Assembly (NCBI GenBank): GCA_951406725.2
Contig: OX597822.1
Location: 14,570,001-14,634,000, forward strand
Direction: 5' to 3'
Source of the DNA: Octopus vulgaris
Lineage: Eukaryota
Length of the DNA stretch: 64,000 bases
Shown here: positions 11,807-25,558 of the stretch, piece after piece
Layout: each line of letters opens with the position of its first letter
Position numbering within the stretch: position 1 is the first letter of the stretch
Notes under the pieces: generated by a model
Databases searched by the model: none
What the model was told of the DNA's origin: nothing
What the model saw: the letters and a program-made list of their open reading frames with translations, nothing else
Position numbers and translations under genes: made by a program

Positions 11807-11812
<6 letters not shown>
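11505..11812 (+). mobile_element. Two short unique segments, each followed by (AAC/AAT)n; probable 3' ends of (TAA)n-targeting retroelements
   Basis: Segments 11505-11588 and 11716-11810 are bracketed by trinucleotide tracts immediately upstream of an R4/Dong-like RT. Confidence 0.4.
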
Positions 11813-11877
<65 letters not shown>

Positions 11878-11896
11878 TAATAATGATGATAATAAT

Positions 11897-11929
<33 letters not shown>

Positions 11930-11930
11930 A

Positions 11931-12609
11931 ATGGAATCTACTACTCTGTCCAAAACAGGTAGAACTAGTCATTTCAGTGAGGAAAGTGAAGAAAATCAGC
12001 AAAAACATGGGCAACTGGAAGGCCCCGGGACCAGGTGGAATTCAAGGCTACTGGATAAAATGATTTGGTGAATGTCATGCACGAATAGCTGCACAACTCA
12101 ATATGTTGTTAAATGCCGATCGACTAATACAAGAGTGGTTGACATTGGGTAGGACAGCGCTGTGTTTGAAAAACATCGAAAAAGGTAATACGGTAGGCAA
12201 TTACAGGCCGATATCCTGTTTGCCACTTATGTGGAAATTATTGACTGGAATATTCGCAGAGCTAATGTACGGACATCTGGAAAAAATGGAGTCCTGCCAC
12301 ATGAGAAGAAGGGTTGTAGCGTGGTGCAGAGGTACCAAGGATCAACTCCTGGTAGACAAAACTGTACTTAGAGACTGCAAGAGAAGGAAAAGTAACTTAA
12401 CCGTGTCATGGATCGATTATCGTAAGTCGTATGATATGATCCCACATTCTTAGATTCTGGAATGTATGAACCTATTTGGTATTGCATCGAATAGGAGTGG
12501 CTGTGTGGTAAGTAGCTTGCTTACGAACCACATGGTTCCGGGTTCAGCCTCGGGCCGACCAAAGCCTTGTGAGTGGATTTGGTAGACGGAAACTGAAAGA
12601 AACCCGTCG

Positions 12610-12700
<91 letters not shown>

Positions 12701-12756
12701 ACAGTTTACGAAAAAAACAAAAGACGAAGACAGGTGGTGTACAAAACAAACAAATG

Positions 12757-12820
<64 letters not shown>

Positions 12821-13795
12821 GTGTGTGTATATGTTTGTGTGTCTGTGTTTGTCCCACCAATATCGCTTGACAACCGATGCTGGTGAGTTTACGTCCCCGG
12901 TAACTAAGCGGTTCGGCAAAAGAGAACGATAGACTAAGTACTAGGCTTACAAAGAATAAGTCCTTGGGTCGATTTGTTCGACTAAAAGGCGGTGCTCCAG
13001 CATGGCCACAGTCAAATGACTGAAACAAGTAAAAGAGTAAAAGAGATTGCTTGGAAAAAGTATAGCGAAGTGGAGGACGGAACAGACAAAATATGGAAGA
13101 AGTTTAGGGACAAAAGAAATCAGGAGAGCAGGCATCTTTTAAGGGAACTGCCTGTCCCCACTGATCTTTGTACTGAGCATGATATCACTGACACTGATTC
13201 TGATGAAAGCAAAATCTGGGTATGTATTCAAAAGCTGCCAAGAAAATGTCAATCACTTGATATTTATAGATGACCTCAAAGATGAATACCAAGTAAGTTC
13301 CCTCGTTGATACGGTGTATACCTTCAGTGCTGATATCAGAATGGAGTTCGGACTGAAACAGTGCAGTGTGTTAATCTTGAAGAAAGGGAAAATCAAATGT
13401 ATGGACGGGCTTGCGATACTGTCGGGGGAGGTTATGAAGCAGATAGAAGAGACGGGCTATAAGTACTTAGGGATTTTGGAAATGGATAAATTAATGGAGA
13501 AAGAAATGTCAGAAAAATTTAAGGTAGAGTAATTGTGCAGATTGAGACTGATCCTTAAGTCGAAATTAAACGGTCAGAATAAGATCGAAGCTATCAACAC
13601 CTGGACGGTTTCACTCCTTAGACACGGAGCAGGGGTAATCGCATGGACAGTAGACGAACTAAACAGCTTAGACAGAAAGACAAGGAAGTTGCTAACTAGA
13701 TATGGGATACTCCACCTAAAAATTGACAAAGACAGACTGTATGTACCAAGAAAAGAAGGGGAAGAGGACAGTGGATGCGAATACAGTGGATGTTG
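11931..13795 (+). mobile_element. R4/Dong-like non-LTR retrotransposon RT pseudogene, interrupted by a SINE
   Basis: NWKAPGPGGIQGYWIK...[16 protein letters not shown]...[11 protein letters not shown]...[14 protein letters not shown] / LSPLIF...NHLIFIDDLK...YKYLGILE...[10 protein letters not shown]; starts in (AAT/AAC)n. Confidence 0.85.
12493..13044 (+). mobile_element. SINE family B (CORE-like, internal (TA)n) inserted in the R4/Dong-like RT
   Basis: AGGAGTGGCTGTGTGGTAAG head ... CAGCATGGCCACAGTCAAATGACTGAAACAAGTAAAAGAGT tail; RT coding sequence resumes on both sides. Confidence 0.85.
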
Positions 13796-13822
13796 GTGAC
13801 ATCTTGTACACATATATGCATG

Positions 13823-13888
<66 letters not shown>

Positions 13889-13895
13889 TGCATGC

Positions 13896-13948
<53 letters not shown>

Positions 13949-13996
13949 AGGGAAGAAATGGAGCCGAACGAAGATTCTACAAAATTCCTTTTTATT

Positions 13997-14082
13997 ATTT
14001 TCTACACATGTTTCAAAGGCTGCAAATTCCCAAATTCGGATTGAATAAGGAGACCATTCTGCAGCTTTCTCTTCAGGAAAAT
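13997..14082 (-). ncRNA. Type-I hammerhead with long stem II, in a (TA)n-flanked PLE-like fragment (13945-14332)
   Basis: AUUUUC-CUGAAGA-GAAAGCUGCAGA...UUUGCAGCCUUU-GAAA-CAUGUG-UA^GAAAAU. Confidence 0.85.
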
Positions 14083-14329
14083 CCAGGAATTTAAAATCTC
14101 AAAACAAATGCGCAGCAAGCTTTTCGAACAAAACGCTCCCTAGGAGCCCATGGTAAAAATGGCACCTTCACTAAATATATAAAACTTCAATTATCCGCGC
14201 TAACGCACGGGGGCGAAACCCCATGGTCGTAACCTCAACCGTGTCTTTTCTGGTGTGATTTTTGCTACACAGGTATCGGTTAAATTTTGAATAATCCGTA
14301 ACAAGATAATTCATTTATCCATTTCATTA

Positions 14330-14504
<175 letters not shown>

Positions 14505-14961
14505 ACGTCGTATGAGACGACCTAGATGAGATGAGGATATATATATGCACATGTGTATGTATATTGTGTGTGTGCTTATATATATACATCCCAACACAAT
14601 TACACCACACACCACCACACCACACACCACCACCCCACACCACATACCACCATACCACACTACACCACAACACACCACCCCGCACACACTAGCACTGACC
14701 ACTTCCCAGCACTCACACCATCATCCACACACCTACTCATGCACACACGCACACGTCAAGGTCACAAGCCTCTATCCACACGCACATACACGCTCTCGCA
14801 CACATACGTACGCGCACCTTAGTTTTGGGATCACCACTACTTGATTATCATCCCTTCTTTCTAGCTCTCCTGTCTGATAACCTTTGTCCGGCATTTGCCA
14901 TGATTGATCGCTAGACACTAATCCTTTTTTTTATTTTCTTTCTCTGCTTATTTCTGTGTTC

Positions 14962-14997
14962 CTTTCTGTCGAAGAGCGTAGGCTCGAAACGCAAAAG
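14962..14997 (+). ncRNA. Minimal HHR-like motif, A6-variant family
   Basis: CUUU-CUGUCGA-A-GAGC-GUAG-GCUC-GAAA-CG-CA-AAAG; relatives at 23364, 23651 and 63608. Confidence 0.5.
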
Positions 14998-15092
14998 ACT
15001 TTGTCACTCACTGAGCGTTAAACTAATACACGTGTTTGTTGTTTATGCTACTATATATATATATATATATATGTGGGTGTATGTGTGTGTGT

Positions 15093-15496
15093 GAGGTATA
15101 CTTGCTATCTCAATATGGCTAACCACTAAGGGTGGGTGTTACTGTAGCTTGTAGCCCCAGGAGAACATCTCCTCCACCTGGCTATAGGCACACTTTCTGT
15201 GCCCTATCGGTATTTGCAAAGGGAGGTCATCCCTTCCTCGTCAACCTAAGTGATACGCACGGACTACAGTCTCTGGGTATTGACCCGTCATCAGCGTACG
15301 ACAATCAGCGGTTTTCGATGAAAGGAGTTCCCAATGCAAATATTAATATCCTTTTTCCAGTAACTCCCTTTACAAATACCGACAGGGCACAGAAATTGTG
15401 CCTATAGCCAGCTGGAGGAGATGTTCTCCTGGGGCTACAAGCTACAGTAACACCCACCCTTAGTGGTTAGCCATATTGAGATGGCAAATATACCTC
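15093..15496. mobile_element. Inverted-repeat element (about 137-bp arms) with an HHR in the spacer; PLE-type inverted arrangement
   Basis: GAGGTATACTTGCTATCTCAATATGGCT... versus ...AGCCATATTGAGATGGCAAATATACCTC. Confidence 0.85.
15256..15300 (-). ncRNA. Type-I hammerhead with GAGA in place of GAAA
   Basis: CGUACG-CUGAUGA-CGGGU-CAAU-ACCCA-GAGA-CUGUAG-UC^CGUGCG. Confidence 0.7.
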
Positions 15497-15545
15497 ATAT
15501 TGTCGTGCAGTGACTGTTTATATCTCGTTCACAGATTTATTATTT

Positions 15546-16305
<760 letters not shown>

Positions 16306-16353
16306 TTCGTAACGACCTAAGCCCCAACCAGGCTTACAAGACGTTGAAAAACA

Positions 16354-16410
<57 letters not shown>

Positions 16411-17507
16411 CATATATATATGTGTGTGTGTAATAATATACGGCGGGCTTTCAGACAGTTTCCATCTGACAAATTAAATTCCCATATAAGGCATTAGTTG
16501 GCTTCGTCAAAATTAAAAGACACTTGCTCAAGGTGCCGCGCAGTGGGACTGAACCCAAAGCTTCTTAACCACTCTGCCTGCAGTAACAACACCAGCAGCA
16601 ACACTACCTTACGCAACACGCTATATTCATTGCATTACTTGATAAAGCGTGAGATTCTATCAAGTCATTCGTCCGATCAGAAATAGCAGTTAAATTTCCC
16701 TAACATCACATCCACCCTCTTTAGAAATGGAAGGACATACATTAGACAATATAGACGCATCCGCTATACTTCAAAAGTAAATGGTAGGATGGTCACAACT
16801 GGAGTGGTTTAATCATAATCTACTGGATAATAGTTAGCCCTTGGGCTACTCAACAACAACTGCAACAATATTGGCTGCTATTTCTAGCAGATGAAGTGAC
16901 CACGTTGCTTCCCTGTTGCCAAGTGACCACCGAGGCGTTGTTGCAGGCATTGTTGTTGTTTAACCTTCGAAACGTTCTAGCCGTGACCATCTCATCTATC
17001 CTCTATGGTCCACAATATCCAGTGTTCCCTTTTCTAAGACAGTGGATGTGATTTGAAGAAGATTTGGTTGCTGTTTCTAGCATATCGGAGACACCATGGA
17101 GAAGTTCTTTTGCTGACTTCTTCGCTTATAGTGGTGGTGGTGGGCGGTGGATGTGTGGTTTCCGTGGGGTGGTGTGTAGGTGGTTGCGGTCGGGTAGCGG
17201 CGGGTAAAGACACAATGCGTGGATAATGGGAGCGTTTGGCGGGAGAACGTTGCTATTTATAAGACAGGTGTTTTCATATTAGCAGAGAATAGAGAGAAAA
17301 GAAAAGGAGGTAGAAAGGAAGAAAAGAAGGAAGATAGGAAGGAAGGAAGAAAGGAAGGAAAGATGTGTAAGAAAGAAAGACAAAACAGACACAAAGAAAA
17401 GGAAAGACAAAACAAGAAAAAGAATTAATATAACACTCTAAGTTTCAAGCATAAAAACTGTGAAATATAGACGCATCTGCTTTCATATATATTTATGTAT
17501 ATATATT

Positions 17508-17598
<91 letters not shown>

Positions 17599-17912
17599 AT
17601 TTATATATATATATGAGTATGTAAAAGTGCGTATGCCTAAGTCAGTGTGTATATGCCTGTATATGTATGTGTATATATATATGTATGTGTGTGTCTGTGT
17701 GTCTGTGTGTATTAACACACAAATACATTCATATATACACGCATGCCACACACACATACAGACACATATATGTATGTATGTAAAAATATGTATATTTAAA
17801 TGTATGTATGTATGTAACATATACACGCATACACATGCATTTAAAGAAAGACGGGAAAACATGGAACTCGACTCAGTGTGGCTGGGGAAAAACAGACGCG
17901 ATGGTCATCGAC

Positions 17913-18033
17913 GGAATGCATTTAATTATAATGCATTTAATTATTAGGAATGCATTTAATTATAATGCATTTAATTATTAGGAATGCATTTAATTATAAT
18001 GCATTTAATTATTAGGAATGCATTTAATTATAA
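17913..18033. repeat. Minisatellite: 34-bp unit x about 3.5, built from AATGCATTTAATTAT
   Basis: GGAATGCATTTAATTATAATGCATTTAATTATTA repeated. Confidence 0.9.
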
Positions 18034-18324
18034 TACCACCACCACCACCATCTAAACAACAACAATAACAACAGTTATGTCACAACCAGCCACGAAGGTT
18101 ACAGCGCCAGAATATTCGTGTTGCACTATTTCTGCTGAGATTACGTTCTGCGTTCAAACGCTGGCAGGGATCGACTTTGCATTTTATTCTTTCTGATTTG
18201 AGAAAATACCTACCAAGTGAACTGTAGGCTCGATGAAATCGTTTTCCCGAGATTACTGGCCTTGTGCAAGCATTTAAACCAACGTAACAACCAGCAAACA
18301 AACAAACAAAATTAAACCTGTAAT

Positions 18325-18490
18325 TATCCTTTCTACAATAGGTACAAGGCCTAAACTTTGGGGGAGGGAGGATAGTCGATTACATCGCCTCCAGTGCGTA
18401 ACTGGTACTTAATTTCTCGACCCTGAAAGGATGAAAGGTAAAGTCGACCTCGGCGGAATTTGAACTCAGAAGGTGGTGACGGGAGAAATA
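18325..18490 (-). mobile_element. SINE family A, tail B, headless
   Basis: Core GAAAGGATGAAAGGTAAAGTCGACCTCGGCGGAATTTGAACTC. Confidence 0.8.
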
Positions 18491-19087
18491 CTGAATTAAA
18501 CCTGTAATTATAACGAGCAAATTTGTACGAGATGAATCTTTTATCTTTTATTGTTTCAGTCATTAGACTACAGTCATGTTGGGGCAACATGTTAAAGGGA
18601 TTAGTCGATCAATTTGACACCAATGCAATCACTAACAAATTTTATTCTGCGCTGAGCAATAATAGTAGAGAAGGGTCGAATGGGTCCCTAAATCTTCTCT
18701 TTGATCTTGTGTCCGCACCAAGCGGTGTTTTAGACCCTCACGAAAAGCCTGATGTATACCTTTACTTTGGCATAATCCCAATGAAATCCTCAATTAAAGT
18801 AATAAAGTGTGTGATGGGATTGGTCCTTTACATCAAGTGGCGTGGCTGGTGGCATGCTGATATGCGGACCGTATAGAGAAGCCGTTTTAGATACCCGTGT
18901 TTCCTGTAGTCGAAGGTATGTATCACGTTTAAGGAATTAGGTAATGCGCACAAAAAGACGACGACACGAGAGAGAACGAACTTTTAAGAAATATATTAGT
19001 TTGAGGTTTAAAAAGAAGAGAAAAAGTCTTGACGTTTTGGGTGTTTGTCCTTCATCGGATAAAATAAAAGAATGTAAAAAAAGTGGT

Positions 19088-19484
19088 CTTTTATTCTTTT
19101 ACTTGTTTCAGTCATTTGACTGTGGCCATGCTGGAGCACCACCTTTTAGTCGAGCAAATCGACCCCAGGACTTATTCTTTGTAAGCCTAGTACTTATTCT
19201 ATCGGTTACTTTTGCCGAACCGCTAAGTTACGTGGACGTAAACACACCAGCATCGGTGGAGGGGGGACAAACACAGACACACAAACATATACACACACAT
19301 ATACATACATATATAGATATATACGACGGGCTTGCTTCTTTCAGTTTCCGTCTACCAAATCCACTCACAAGGCTTTGGTCGACCCGAGGCTATAGTAGAA
19401 AATACTTGCCCAAGATGGCACGCAGTGGAACTGAACCCGGAACCATGTGGTTCGTAAGTAAGCTACTTACCACACAGCCACTCC
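19088..19484 (-). mobile_element. SINE family B, full length
   Basis: Reverse complement of 21399-21806. Confidence 0.85.
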
Positions 19485-19789
19485 TACGAAAGAGAAAATG
19501 AATTTAAGGAAGTGGGTAGACAATTTGGTACCACAAAGGACCGTTAAATCCTACACTATTCTGTCTGCTCGAATTACAGGTATAATTCATCCGACCGGCT
19601 TCCAGAAACTTTGTCTTTCATCGTATTACTGCCTAAGGGGCTGGGCATTCCAAAGATACTGAGTGCTGTTAAAAATAACCTCCATGATAAATTTACGTGA
19701 CACTGCGTGTGTGTAAGAGTGAATATGCGAGTGTGCGTGTGTGCGCGTGTATGTGTGGAGTGTGTATTCCATCCAGTTTGAGAGTATTT

Positions 19790-20120
19790 TCATTTGGTGT
19801 ACACAGTATAGCAATACAAGTTACAAAAGCTTCTTACAGTGAAGACATATGTCTAGGGAGGTTTTTGTAACATTCTTTATGTCCCAAAGCAATCTTTGAG
19901 CTCTGAGATTCAACTTTCTTCCCGTTTTCTTCTTGTAATTTCTCACATGGTCTATTGTGTTTGAAAATCGTCCTGATTTTCAAACACAACAGACCATGTG
20001 CTGAAAGCCAGCAGATTGTTTTAAAACGCAAGGCGCATTATAAAAAACCTGTCTCGACACGTGTCTTCACAGCAAATAACTATTTGTTGCTCATATCTTT
20101 ATACTGTGCACACCAAATGA
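19790..20120. mobile_element. MITE-like foldback element with a central near-perfect hairpin (19944-20000)
   Basis: Termini TCATTTGGTGTACACAGTATA / TATACTGTGCACACCAAATGA; internal 26-bp stem with 5-nt loop. Confidence 0.65.
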
Positions 20121-21079
20121 TGTGTGTGTGTAAGAGGGGAGAGAGAGGGGGAGAGAGAGAGAAAGGGAGAGATTGGAGTGTGGTCAAAGGAACAGTTGTT
20201 TATCTGTTCCAAGTCAGAGTTCATAATGTCTTGTATCATTTACGCTCATATATTAACTATTAATTCTTATTACTCATAATCTCTAGCTCAATACTTGTCA
20301 TAAACAACGAAATAAAGTGGAAATACTTCGCTCGCTTTGATAGCTGACGAAGGATAGTTCAAATGCTGACATTTAAGGGAACTAGGAATTATCTGTGAAA
20401 TAAATGTGATATATATCGAGATAAAAGTTTTTAGTTTAAACATTTGAAGCCTAATTTAGTATATAAGGAGGCCAGGTGCTCCTAGATGTAAGCCCTAATA
20501 CTTTTTCGATGAATCGATAGGGATGAGGCTTGAATACCGACAGTGGTGGTGGAGGTGGGAAGCCTGATGTTTGATTTTATTTTAGTATATTTCTAGATCT
20601 TTGTTTATGATATTTTATCTTTTGCTTGTTTCAGTCATTTAATTGCGGCCATGCTGGGGCAGTGCACTGAAAGGTTTTTAGTCGAAGAAATTGCCCCTAA
20701 TACTCGTTCTTAAATGAACTTTTTTTTTACCGAAACGCTAAGTTACGATGACATTAACAAACTAACAACGGTTTTGAAGTGTGGGAGGGGCGGGTGAGGA
20801 GGCACACAAACTTAAAAGTTATCACACACACGCACACGCACACACACATATATATATACACACACTCACACACATACACATACTCACGCACAATCCCACA
20901 CTCACACGCACACACACATACACTTACACACGCATTCACACACACACAGACACACATTCACATACACATTCACACATACACACACACATTCACACACACA
21001 CACATATACACACACGTGTAGGCACATAAAACAAGATGGAAAATATCGAACTCGAATACCGAAGGTAGAGTAATATGCT

Positions 21080-21245
21080 TTTTTATTAAGGCTGCAAAAA
21101 CATCAGAAAATCTGTTGCTCATGGTTTCACGTTTCCCTTAATCGAGTGGTTGTGATCGAGAGCCTTGATCCCAACTCAACCGACGAACGGGGACATAAAA
21201 CTCCGAGTAGCAGTTTTTGTGATGCTTTTGCAGCTTTAATAAAAA
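21080..21245. repeat. Inverted pair of a PLE-like fragment with a decayed HHR (21173-21215)
   Basis: TTTTATTAAGGCTGCAAAAACATCA / TGATGCTTTTGCAGCTTTAATAAAA; CCGACGA-ACGGGGACAU-AAAA-CUCCGAG-UA. Confidence 0.6.
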
Positions 21246-21264
21246 AAATATATGTGTATATATA

Positions 21265-21320
<56 letters not shown>

Positions 21321-21398
21321 TGTATGTATGTATGTATGTATGTATGTATGTATGCATGTATATATGCGCATTTATGTATGTATGTATGTATGTATGTA

Positions 21399-21806
21399 GG
21401 CGCAGGAGTGGCTGTGTGGTAAGTAGCTTGTTTACCAACCACATGGTTCCGGGTTCAGTCCCACTGCGTGGCACCTTGGGCAAGTGTCTTCTACTATAGC
21501 CTCGGGCCGACCAGTGCCTTGTGAGTGGATTTGGTAGACGGAAACTGAAAGAAGCCCGTCGTATATATGTATATATATGTGTGTGTGTGTTTGTGTGTCT
21601 GTGTTTGTCCCCCTAGCATTGGTTGACAACCGATGCTGGTGTGTTTATGTCCCCGTTACTTAGCGGTTCGGCAAAAGAGACCGATAGAATAAGTACTCGG
21701 CTTACAAAAAAATAAGTCCCGGTGTCGAGTTGCTCGATTAAAGGTGGTGCTCCAGCATGGCCGCAGTCAAATGACTGAAACAAGTAAAAGAGTAAAATAG
21801 TAAAGA
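21399..21806 (+). mobile_element. SINE family B, full length (reference copy)
   Basis: tRNA-like head GGCGCAGGAGTGGCTGTGTGGTAAG...GGGTTCAGTCCC, CORE-like ACCTTGGGCAAGTGTCTT, internal microsatellite, (GTAAAAGA)n tail. Confidence 0.85.
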
Positions 21807-22165
21807 GTATGTATACTCCACTCATTTCCGTCTACCAAAGTCAGAAGGTATTGGTTGACTCGGGGCGGTAGTAGATTACATTCGTCCAGGACGCCACACA
21901 AAGGAACTAAACCTGAAACCACCTGACTTCAAGGCAGGATATTTAACCACACAACCATTCCTGCGCCGATGTAATGTCTTTTATTTGAAATTAAACCTTT
22001 AATATTGCAAGGAATGAATCACCAGTTTCGAATAAATAGTTATCTATCTTTATATGTATCACACTCTCTCTCTCTTCCTCTCTTTCTCTCTCTCTCTCTC
22101 TCTCTTAATATACATATATGCTTTCGGTGCGGATGGTTTTTTTTATAGTTTTTCTATATGGTTTT

Positions 22166-22235
<70 letters not shown>

Positions 22236-22625
22236 GGTATGCGATGAGAATTTATGGAAAGGTATCCCACAGAAACTAAAAAATCTGTTAAAGATGGAGA
22301 AGAGGTGTTAAAATTTAAAAAAGAATTTTGATACATGCCTATGATCGTTTCGTACAGCAATATTAACATGTAAGTAACATGGTAGAACAATTAGAAATTA
22401 ATTAAATTAAATTAAATTAATTACATTTTACTGTTCCCTTCAGTGCAAAAAAGAAAGAATACATCAAAAATTATTATCATTATTACAGAAGACTTGAAGG
22501 AGGAAATAGCAAATAACATATTCCGATATAAATATTTTACCCTTAGGAAATTTCAAGAGCTTATTAAAGGAAGTGCTGTTGAGTCTAGTTGTGAAACACT
22601 AAAACTGATGCGGCTATCGGTTATC

Positions 22626-22657
<32 letters not shown>

Positions 22658-23319
22658 TGTATGTATGTATGTATGTATGTATGTATGTATGTATGTATGT
22701 ATGTATGTATGGATGTATGTATGTATGTATGTATGTATGCATGTGTGTATGTATGTATGTATGCATTTATGTAGGAAGATCAGATCCAAAGACTCAATAC
22801 AGAAAATACTGAATAGAGCTCAAACGATTTCAACTTACATTCCGAAACCTTTTGTAAATCTGCGGTGTAAACAGTGGCTATCAAGAGGAATCCAGTCGAG
22901 CAGATAGTGAATCAATGATGAAAAATAAATAAATAGAACTGCTTGGATTTGACATATATATATATATATATTATTACATACACATATAAGAGGGATGACC
23001 ACTAAGTGAACATCCATTATGCTAGAGGTAGACCCCTATATGGCCTGACCACTTAGAAAAGATTGTTCTCAAGAAAATTCAGCAAACGCCAGAACGTAAG
23101 CGAGCAAGACAAATGAAAAAAATACAAAATATAAAGATTAATCACAAGCCCAGTTTCATTGTTACCACTTAAAATTCACTGCAGAGAATTATTTGCGCAT
23201 ATGTATGTAATATAATTTTTCTGAATCTTCAGATTTTTCAATATGCTAGGCCATTGGTTTTAAATTGATATTAATCAAATTAATATTCAATTTTTCATCG
23301 TTATTATTCAAATTTATTA

Positions 23320-23486
23320 GCCACTACACACATTTTTTCTCTCTTTGTTTTTTTTCTGTGTCCCTTTCTGGAGAGGACCGTAGGCTCGAAACGTAAAAGA
23401 CTTTTTCTATTCCTGAGCATTATACTAATACATCTGTTTGTTTTGTACACCACCTGTCTTCGTCCTTTGTTTTTTCAGTAAACTCT

Positions 23487-23565
<79 letters not shown>

Positions 23566-23740
23566 TAGTTCAAATTTACGGAAAACAAAAGACAGGCGAA
23601 GGAATAACAGGCAGGTGCATTGGTTTAACGCTCTGGAAGAATGGAAAAGTCTTTGCAGTTTCGAACCTACATTCTTCGACTGAAAGTATTGGGAAGACAA
23701 AAAGAAAAAAAAACCGAGATACGTATGCAGGTTCAAATAT
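23320..23740. mobile_element. Two PLE-like fragments tail-to-tail around (TA)n, each with an A6-variant minimal HHR motif (23364-23399 +, 23651-23686 -)
   Basis: CTTTCTGGAGAGGACCGTAGGCTCGAAACGTAAAAG and reverse complement CTTTCAGTCGAAGAATGTAGGTTCGAAACTGCAAAG. Confidence 0.65.
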
Positions 23741-24555
23741 TTTCATATATACACACACATACATGTTATATCATGTATTTATGTGATATACTTAATATGT
23801 ATGTGTGAGTATGTGTGCATGAATGTGTGTGGGTGTGTCTATTCATACAACATGCTTCTTTTAGTTTCCGACAACCAAATTTACTGATTAGGTTTCGGGG
23901 CCAGTGTTACTGCGAGGCACATTGCACTGTGTCTTCTACTATAACCCCCGGGCTAACCAATGTCTTTTAAGGGAATGTGGTAGGAGGAAACTGTGAGGAA
24001 GTCCTTCGTATGTATATGGATTTGTGCTTGTGTTGCATTTGTCCCCACAAACTGCTTGTCTCTTTGGCTCCTTCCCCGTAACCTAGAAGTTTGGAAAAGA
24101 AATCGATATAATAAATACCAGGCATACTCACTGCTTGTTAAAAAATATTTATTAGAGACGCAAGTAGCATTAATAGCAAAGAGGTAACATTTATCTCCAC
24201 TTAACCATGGATGTTCTGGTAGAACAAAACTTTACTGCGGCAGTTCTCATGAGAGAAACTCTGATATTGGTTTTTAGTGTAGAATGCGCTCTTGCTTATA
24301 TCACTAGAAAGGAAACAGACCCCGCCACCGCCAGCGCTGAGTGCATCAGGTCACTTAATGTAGGCCTTTCTTAGCCTTGTCAGTGTTGGGCCCCAGACGT
24401 TAGAGGTAGCAGTGATGTATATCGGTCAGTGATATAGAGAATCACAGTGTGCCACAACAGGGGCTGGTGTCGCGATTCGCCAGTGGAGTTGTTAAGAGAT
24501 AATTATTAGCGACAGAAGCAGTACTAATACCACAAGGTAATCTTCATCCCCACTT

Positions 24556-24776
24556 AAGGCGGTGGGGAGCTGGCAGAATTGTTAGCACGCCGGGCGAAAT
24601 GCCGAGCAGTATTTCGTCTGTCTTTACGTTCTGAATTCAAATTCCGCCGAGGTCGACTTTGCCTTTCATTCTTTCGGGGTCGATAAATTACGTACCAGTT
24701 GCGTACTTGGGTCAGTCTAATCGGATGGTCCCCTCCCATAAAATTTTCGGGCATTGCACCTAGAGTAGAAAAGAAT
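24556..24776 (+). mobile_element. SINE family A, tail B, full length
   Basis: Head, core and tail all present. Confidence 0.85.
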
Positions 24777-24832
24777 ATTTATCTTCACTTGAAAGTGGAT
24801 GCTCTACTAGAACACACAAAATCGCGCGCGCG

Positions 24833-24867
<35 letters not shown>

Positions 24868-25510
24868 GCACACACACACGCACACACACACACACTCACC
24901 CCCACATATATATACAGAGAAAGAGAGACGAGAGAGCGAGGGGGGACAGACAGATTATTTCTCAGTGATAGCTTTTTTAGAGAAATGGTTTGTAGAAGCT
25001 CTATGCATACAAAGCCTACATATATTCCTGTGGAGCCCAGCTCAATAAGCTACACATGTAAACAGCTTCTATCGGCAAGCTACATGCATATCAGATGCGT
25101 ATTCGTATAATAATCTATTTAGTTCTAATATATTTAGGACATTCAGCTATTTATATCTGCGTTCTAAATACGATTCATTGAAAGGTATGACTACTTGTCT
25201 TTCCGAAAGTGAAAGTATAGCGTGAGTGTCAAATGTATGTGGGAGTGTAGTCGAGTGTGCGGTGAGTGCATGAATATAGCTGAGAGATCAAAATATTTAC
25301 ATTTATATAAACGCAGACGGAGAGAGAAAGAGGGAGAGACAGAGAGAAGGGGGAGAGAGCATGTGTGTGTATGTGTGTAGGTATGCACGCGTGTGTGTCT
25401 GTGTGAGACGTATTCTAATTATAGAGACATGCTTTGAAAATACTAAGAACATACCAAAGAAATATATAGTTTCTAATCGTTTATGTGTGTGCATGGCAAC
25501 ATACATACGA

Positions 25511-25558
<48 letters not shown>

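Noticed and set aside
17913-18033. CRISPR-like regular repeat
   Set aside because: No unique spacers; eukaryotic minisatellite.
19024-19065. Minus-strand CCGAUGA-AGG..CC-CAAAACGUC
   Set aside because: GAAA lost and helix I weak; at most a dead HHR, so not listed as a feature.
20340-20370. CTGACGAAGG after a possible PLE ORF end
   Set aside because: No GAAA or stem closure; too decayed to call.
24278-24540. Possible exon bounded by TTTTTAG and AAG|GTAAT
   Set aside because: Stops in all three forward frames and no recognisable protein.
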